DNA of 63,893 nt, filler included, from Asterionella formosa (lineage: Eukaryota), in assembly GCA_002256025.1 (NCBI GenBank). It is 24 parts of 24 records of this genome, joined end to end, with 100 filler letters (N's around TTAATTAATTAA, not from the genome) between each part and the next. Parts side by side here need not be neighbours in the genome. Positions count along the whole stretch, not along the records: positions 59,013 to 60,573 come from NKIB01001931.1; positions 60,674 to 62,233 come from NKIB01001932.1; positions 62,334 to 63,893 come from NKIB01001933.1; 21 more parts are not named here. The stretch is one strand, 5' to 3'. A program made the position numbers and the translations under genes. Under the pieces are notes generated by a model. The model did not search any database. It had not been told where the DNA came from and saw only the letters and a program-made list of their open reading frames with translations. Of this stretch, positions 59,013-63,893 are shown piece by piece (positions within the stretch are counted from its first letter, which is position 1; every line of letters begins with the position of its first letter).

Positions 59013-59642
59013 ATATTGGACCGAAATCTTCAGCATCAACATCCATTTCTACTTTCTCAATTGAAGTAGATGATGAACCTTTGTTTACCTGTTCCCTCAA
59101 TCATCCAATTTTGGCAGACAATATTCAATATCCTCTGGAATATTACTCAATACATGATAGACAATTGCTGGATATACAATTGATTCTCAATCAAACAACT
59201 CATCTCATTCTCAATCAACAAACCAAACACATCTGTTAAATTTTCCCTCTATCAATTTTCATCATATACATTTCATGTATTTTGTAAAGAATCCAGGAGA
59301 TACTTGACGTATTGTTATTCCTACATCACTATCGAATCCTATGGTACAGTTACTTTTCAACAAACTATGCATACAACGGAACGAATTAATATCCATTACA
59401 TCAAACCTTTTCAAAGGTAAAAGGTTTTCCCTTGGTGTGGGAGAGTGAGCGATCTTGCGCATCAATACAGATGTATATAGGGTTAGTGTTATATCATATA
59501 TGTATCAGAACTCAATAATGAGAGAACTCGACTAACCCTCATTGTATACTTTGGTGTCGACTTGGAGAACGAGTTACACACAAGGATTAACAAATAAGCT
59601 CATATATTCAACAAATACTACTACTTCTAGTTAGATACTTCA
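59013..59642 (+). mobile_element. Internally deleted Gypsy remnant + PPT + 3' LTR (59446-59642)
   Basis: Same TERINIHYIKPFQR end, PPT and LTR as 44600-44877; followed by CCAGG. Confidence 0.85.
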
Positions 59643-59649
59643 CCAGGTA

Positions 59650-59976
59650 CCCCTGGTAGAATTTCTTGGACAATACCATGGCATACTGCAGGGTTCCATC
59701 GGTCCGTTGGTAGAATATTCTACCAAAATGTGAAAAAAAAATTCTACCCCCAGTACTACTGGGTAGAATTTTTGCCTGTCTCTATACCATATTTTCACCA
59801 CGGTCAAGCAAGGGAGGGGTACCGGACAGTACTGACCTGTCCAGAGTAGAACACTACAGGAGCCCTACAGAAAAATATTACTTTGGTAGAATTTCGTCAA
59901 TAATGTCAAGGTACCATCATGTCCCGAGTAGGACAATACCAGGGGTCTTGGGTTGAATTTTAAGTGGTACCAGGGG
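59650..59976. repeat. MITE-like segment with GGTAGAATT motifs in both orientations
   Basis: CCCCTGGTA...TACCAGGGG ends; repeated GGTAGAATT/ATTCTACC and GGACAATACCA. Confidence 0.4.
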
Positions 59977-60673
59977 AGTACCAGGTAACAACTGGTACCG
60001 GTAGTACCTGGTACCTGCAGTGGGATGAAAGAGTGATGTAGAAGCACCAGTACTTGTGGACTACAGTTGCAGGAACCCCTAGCTCGAGGGAGAGTACCGG
60101 TATCAGGTACCAGGTACCTTGGTAGTCAACGCATGTTGGTACACTTCATACGAGTAAAACATACATGTTTACTGCACGTAACACGAGCTCAATGAGAGGA
60201 CAGGATCCAACAGCACAGAGGGCAAGCTAAACTACTGGTATTTTTGGTTGTGAAAAAAGTGATCGTTAGTTACATACCAAGATATGTAATTGTATGTTAT
60301 AGTTCTCCACAACAAACAATGGCCAAATGGATGCCCATGCGACATAATAGCAGGTCAGTGTCTATTTTACACAAATAACTGGCAATCATGAGTTCGGTCT
60401 CAATATGTGATTCCAAGAGATTTAAAAAATTGCTTTCCATCACCGAAGGGTGTGGTTTGCTTTGTGTCCAAGAAAACGTTACATGTACAATACAACAACT
60501 ATTACTATATACAATTTGATCAAGTAAGGATGCTAGTTCAATTTACACGACATGTTGTACACTGCACACCAATNNNNNNNNNNNNNNNNNNNNNNNNNNN
60601 NNNNNNNNNNNNNNNNNTTAATTAATTAANNNNNNNNNNNNNNNNNNNNNNNNNNNNNNNNNNNNNNNNNNNN

Positions 60674-60772
60674 TCGCTGTTCAAAGTCTTCGGCAGGAGA
60701 AGATGGAGGAGATCCATCGTCCATGTCTTCTTCATTCGTCTCGGCAGGCGACAAAGCCCGATGATCCATCAT
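60674..60772 (-). CDS. Probable 5' end of a host gene
   Basis: MMDHRALSPAETNEEDMDDGSPPSSPAEDFEQR, open to the contig end, with a CAAC-rich start context. Confidence 0.35.
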
Positions 60773-61229
60773 GTTGTTAGAGTGTTGCTGTTGGCTGCGA
60801 TACTCTGTCGGAGTATTTCGTAAGGACAACGCGATGATATTGTTATCAAAAAAATCTGTTTGTTTTCGTACGGATGCTGATATTCGAATCAAAGGATGTT
60901 TGTTTAGGAGCCAAGTCTATGATGGAACAAAATCAAGACTTTATGAAAATACGGAAGATGGCGGAAATGGCGGAAAGGAGGATTTAGCACTTGTTGTTCG
61001 TTCCTCAATTCGGCGAGAATGACAAGGAAATGCATCCAGCTACCGGGGAGTTCCGTGTAAGTCCGAATATGGCGAATATTTGTCCGTAAATATTTTATCA
61101 AACCAGCCATACGTGAGCAAACCTTAAAAATGGCTTACCGTTATGTTCATTATGTAGCAGTACGGCGTAGTTGTACCGGTAGGTAACTTTTGTTCAAATT
61201 GTGTACATACCATCATACTGGGTACCAGG

Positions 61230-61424
61230 TGAGCAATCCTGCACATCGATACAGATGTATTTAGGGTTAGGGTTATATCAAATATATCGGAATTGTATAA
61301 TGAGAGAACTCGACTAACACCCATTCTATACTTTGATGTCAGTTCAGGAAATGAGTTGTACATAAGGATTAATTAATAAACTCATATATTCAACAAATAC
61401 TACTACTTCTAGTTAGATACTTCA
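61230..61424 (+). mobile_element. Gypsy 5' LTR (related subfamily)
   Basis: TGAGCAATC...GATACTTCA, homologous to the two 3' LTRs; preceded by GGTACCAGG. Confidence 0.85.
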
Positions 61425-61463
61425 CTTTGAATTCAAAAAGAGTCGAATTAGAAGACAACAAAC

Positions 61464-62233
61464 ATGGCAATGTATTCAAGGGTTCCTGTGATTCCTTTGA
61501 TCAAAGACTACAATGTATTGACTATCAAAACTAAAACGTTCAGAGTTGCTTTAACCGGTGGAAGGTTTGAATCGTTTGATCAAGATATGATCGATGGAAG
61601 CTCAGTGGAAGCATTGTTAATTGGAGTTAGTCAATTTCGTGATATGGCTAACACATGTGACTTTAGCCCTGCAGATACCTTTTCCTATTTTAAAAGGTGT
61701 TTGACAGACATTGCCTTATCGGATTGGTTGAATGTGGAAGTACACCCAGAAGATCAATCTTACGATAGTTTCGAAGAAGCGATGGCTTTATGGTTAGACG
61801 ATCGTTTGCCAAATGAGAGTTTTCAACATCAACGACAATGGATGCTACGTTATTTATCTAAACCCTTTTCCATGTTGGTAATGGATTACGGAGCTCGTAT
61901 TAAAACTTTAAACAGGCTACTTCAACTAATGCCTCATCCAGAAGATCAAGTTGGATTGTCAAAAGAAGATATACGGATTATCATTATCCGTTCTATGCCC
62001 GATGAGTGGCAACAAGAGTTTGAATTAAATCATGCAAAGACTTCAGACCAATCGATTCGCTCGGTTCTCGCTTACTTCGAGAGTCAACAATCGTTTAAGG
62101 ATCGAAACAAGCATCTTCCCAAGAACAGTTTTCAAACAATCACACAGAACCGTCTTCGCATTGCTGAAGGCAATCGTGTGATGCATCAAGAAAACGAGCG
62201 TGTCAGACGTCAATTCTACAAGGATAATTTTAC
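61464..62233 (+). mobile_element. Gypsy gag, 3'-truncated
   Basis: ORF starts 39 nt after the LTR; FKRCL...W, LSKPFSM, RIKTLNRLLQLMP and SMPDEWQQEF capsid-like motifs. Confidence 0.8.
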
Positions 62234-62963
62234 NNNNNNNNNNNNNNNNNNNNNNNNNNNNNNNNNNNNNNNNNNNNTTAATTAATTAANNNNNNNNNNN
62301 NNNNNNNNNNNNNNNNNNNNNNNNNNNNNNNNNACATTTGTCAGCTTTCACCACTATACAACTTGCCAATTCGTAATCAATCAATTCTCAGTAGATAAAT
62401 AGCTTATTTAACATCTGTTGCTCCAATTATTCATGTTATCGACGTAGTCATAGTCTTATTTGTTGTGTAATTACTGTAAAAGTGTCAAAGCTCCCCGTAA
62501 CATGTCATTTTTAAAATGGTGCATCACTGATTTACATGAAAAAATGTGCCATCAGCGCCTTCAATTTTCGTTGTCAATATCAGTGTAATTAGCATAATTG
62601 TTTTGATGGTATTGTCGATGATGTCGTTATTGTACATACCAAATAGCAAAGCGTCGTTCTAATTTTCATTAAGTTATTTGTTATCTTTGTCATGGTCAAT
62701 GCTGAGACAACATTATGCAATATTCGCTCTCCAGCCATTCAGAATGACTACACTGTAGTATATTACTAAATATAGAAAAAGCATAATCTAATGTAAATAA
62801 TTACATTCTAGTGCCTATGTGGGCTACCTCAGGTACCCTGTACATGAATCCATCAAAAGGTGTATGATATATTGCATGTTTCATGGGCAAAACATTGCTT
62901 ACTTCACCTAATGTTTACCGGTATGTTGTATCATTAACTACAGTGTTATGTTGGTATGCGGCT

Positions 62964-63299
62964 GTGATGGCATTTGGGTTGAAATGATGACATCACACAT
63001 TAAGGGAAATTGATACTTGAATCAAAACGGTCAAACATTAAGCAAATCCTAGCTACTACTAGTATGGTACCAACTGGCAGAATAAGTAAAAAGATACTAT
63101 GTCTCAATATTGAAGGCTAAATCAGATTTAAGTTACAGTCAATTCCAAACAACCAGGTGGTCAGGTGGTTTATTAAATGAAAAATCAAAAAAGATACACA
63201 TGAATCAATTTGGAATTGGAATCACTATTGCCAGCACGATGACATATGTAGCACTAAAGTTTGGATACTGCTCGTTTAGCAAAATTATCGCAACTTGCC
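62964..63299 (+). repeat. Dispersed repeat related to 1974-2272
   Basis: Shared blocks and terminus AGCAAAATTATCGCAACTTGC. Confidence 0.55.
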
Positions 63300-63893
63300 G
63301 GTAAGCGGAGCACCAAGTACCTGGTACCTGGTACCAGGTACCATCATCTTGCTTCATGTGCATATTTTTATGCATCATCACGCACATCCCGGACTTTCTA
63401 CGACTAATCAGAGTTGATTTTTCAACCAAAAAGGGAGTACAAAATCAACCGTCGATGCAACCGGGTTGATTTTTTCTTTGTTGTACAATGCTGTATTTTC
63501 TCGTGATCAAGTACGGAAAAATACCGTCAAGGTATTTTACCATCCGCAGTAGAACGATACTTGAGGCCTACAGAAAAATACAACCTGGTTTGATTTTTAC
63601 AAGTAATACCCCGGTAAACAAAACCAGCAGTCATGTGACTGATACCAATACATATAATGCATTGGCCCCTGTTGGAAAGCTCAGGTTGAACATTTCACTA
63701 CCGGTACCCCGGTAGGTAGTACTTCCTGACAACAATTGAAGGTGCTGTTTAACTGCTCTATTCAGCAAGTGAATTTGTCTCAAGCGTTGCAAGGGTCTAG
63801 TCGAAAACTATTATTGGGAGAACTTGCAAATAATGGAGCCCAAGAATTGCAAAAAAATCCATGGTTGGCTTGTGATTTGTTGAATCTTCCGAT

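Noticed and set aside
1569..62333. Regularly spaced TTAATTAATTAA motif and ~1.66-kb periodicity
   Set aside because: Artificial six-frame-stop spacers between size-sorted contigs; adjacency across them has no biological meaning.

Overview
Eukaryotic DNA, most likely from a diatom: GT-AG introns of about 110-140 nt, signal peptide + F (ASAFAP-like) plastid presequences, and diatom-style Copia, Gypsy and Harbinger elements. The window is not one locus. It is 24 unrelated contigs joined by 100-nt spacers (N44-TTAATTAATTAA-N44): 23 are about 1.56 kb and one is 25.6 kb (8325-33969). The long contig encodes a membrane-anchored protein with three PstS-like domains, a plastid ABC1 kinase, a V-ATPase c-type proteolipid lacking the essential Glu, a plastid FKBP, a ~2.9-kb tandem duplication (unknown plastid protein + secreted Cys-rich/PTRKPT protein, with a third paralog nearby), a Cys-less pentameric ligand-gated channel homolog and an IFRD protein. 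The short contigs are mostly transposon pieces (three Harbinger, five near-identical Copia RT copies, a second Copia family, a Gypsy family, decayed Kolobok-like and RAG1/Transib-like sequence), two allelic BTB/ferredoxin contigs, an EF-hand pseudokinase and a 1437-bp tandem or circular unit. Best leads: a non-coding GGTACC(A/T) palindromic repeat whose CCAGG core flanks all three visible Gypsy LTR-host junctions, the Glu-less c subunit, the triple-PstS surface protein and the signal-peptide-less pLGIC. All family calls come from motif recognition by eye; no searches were run.
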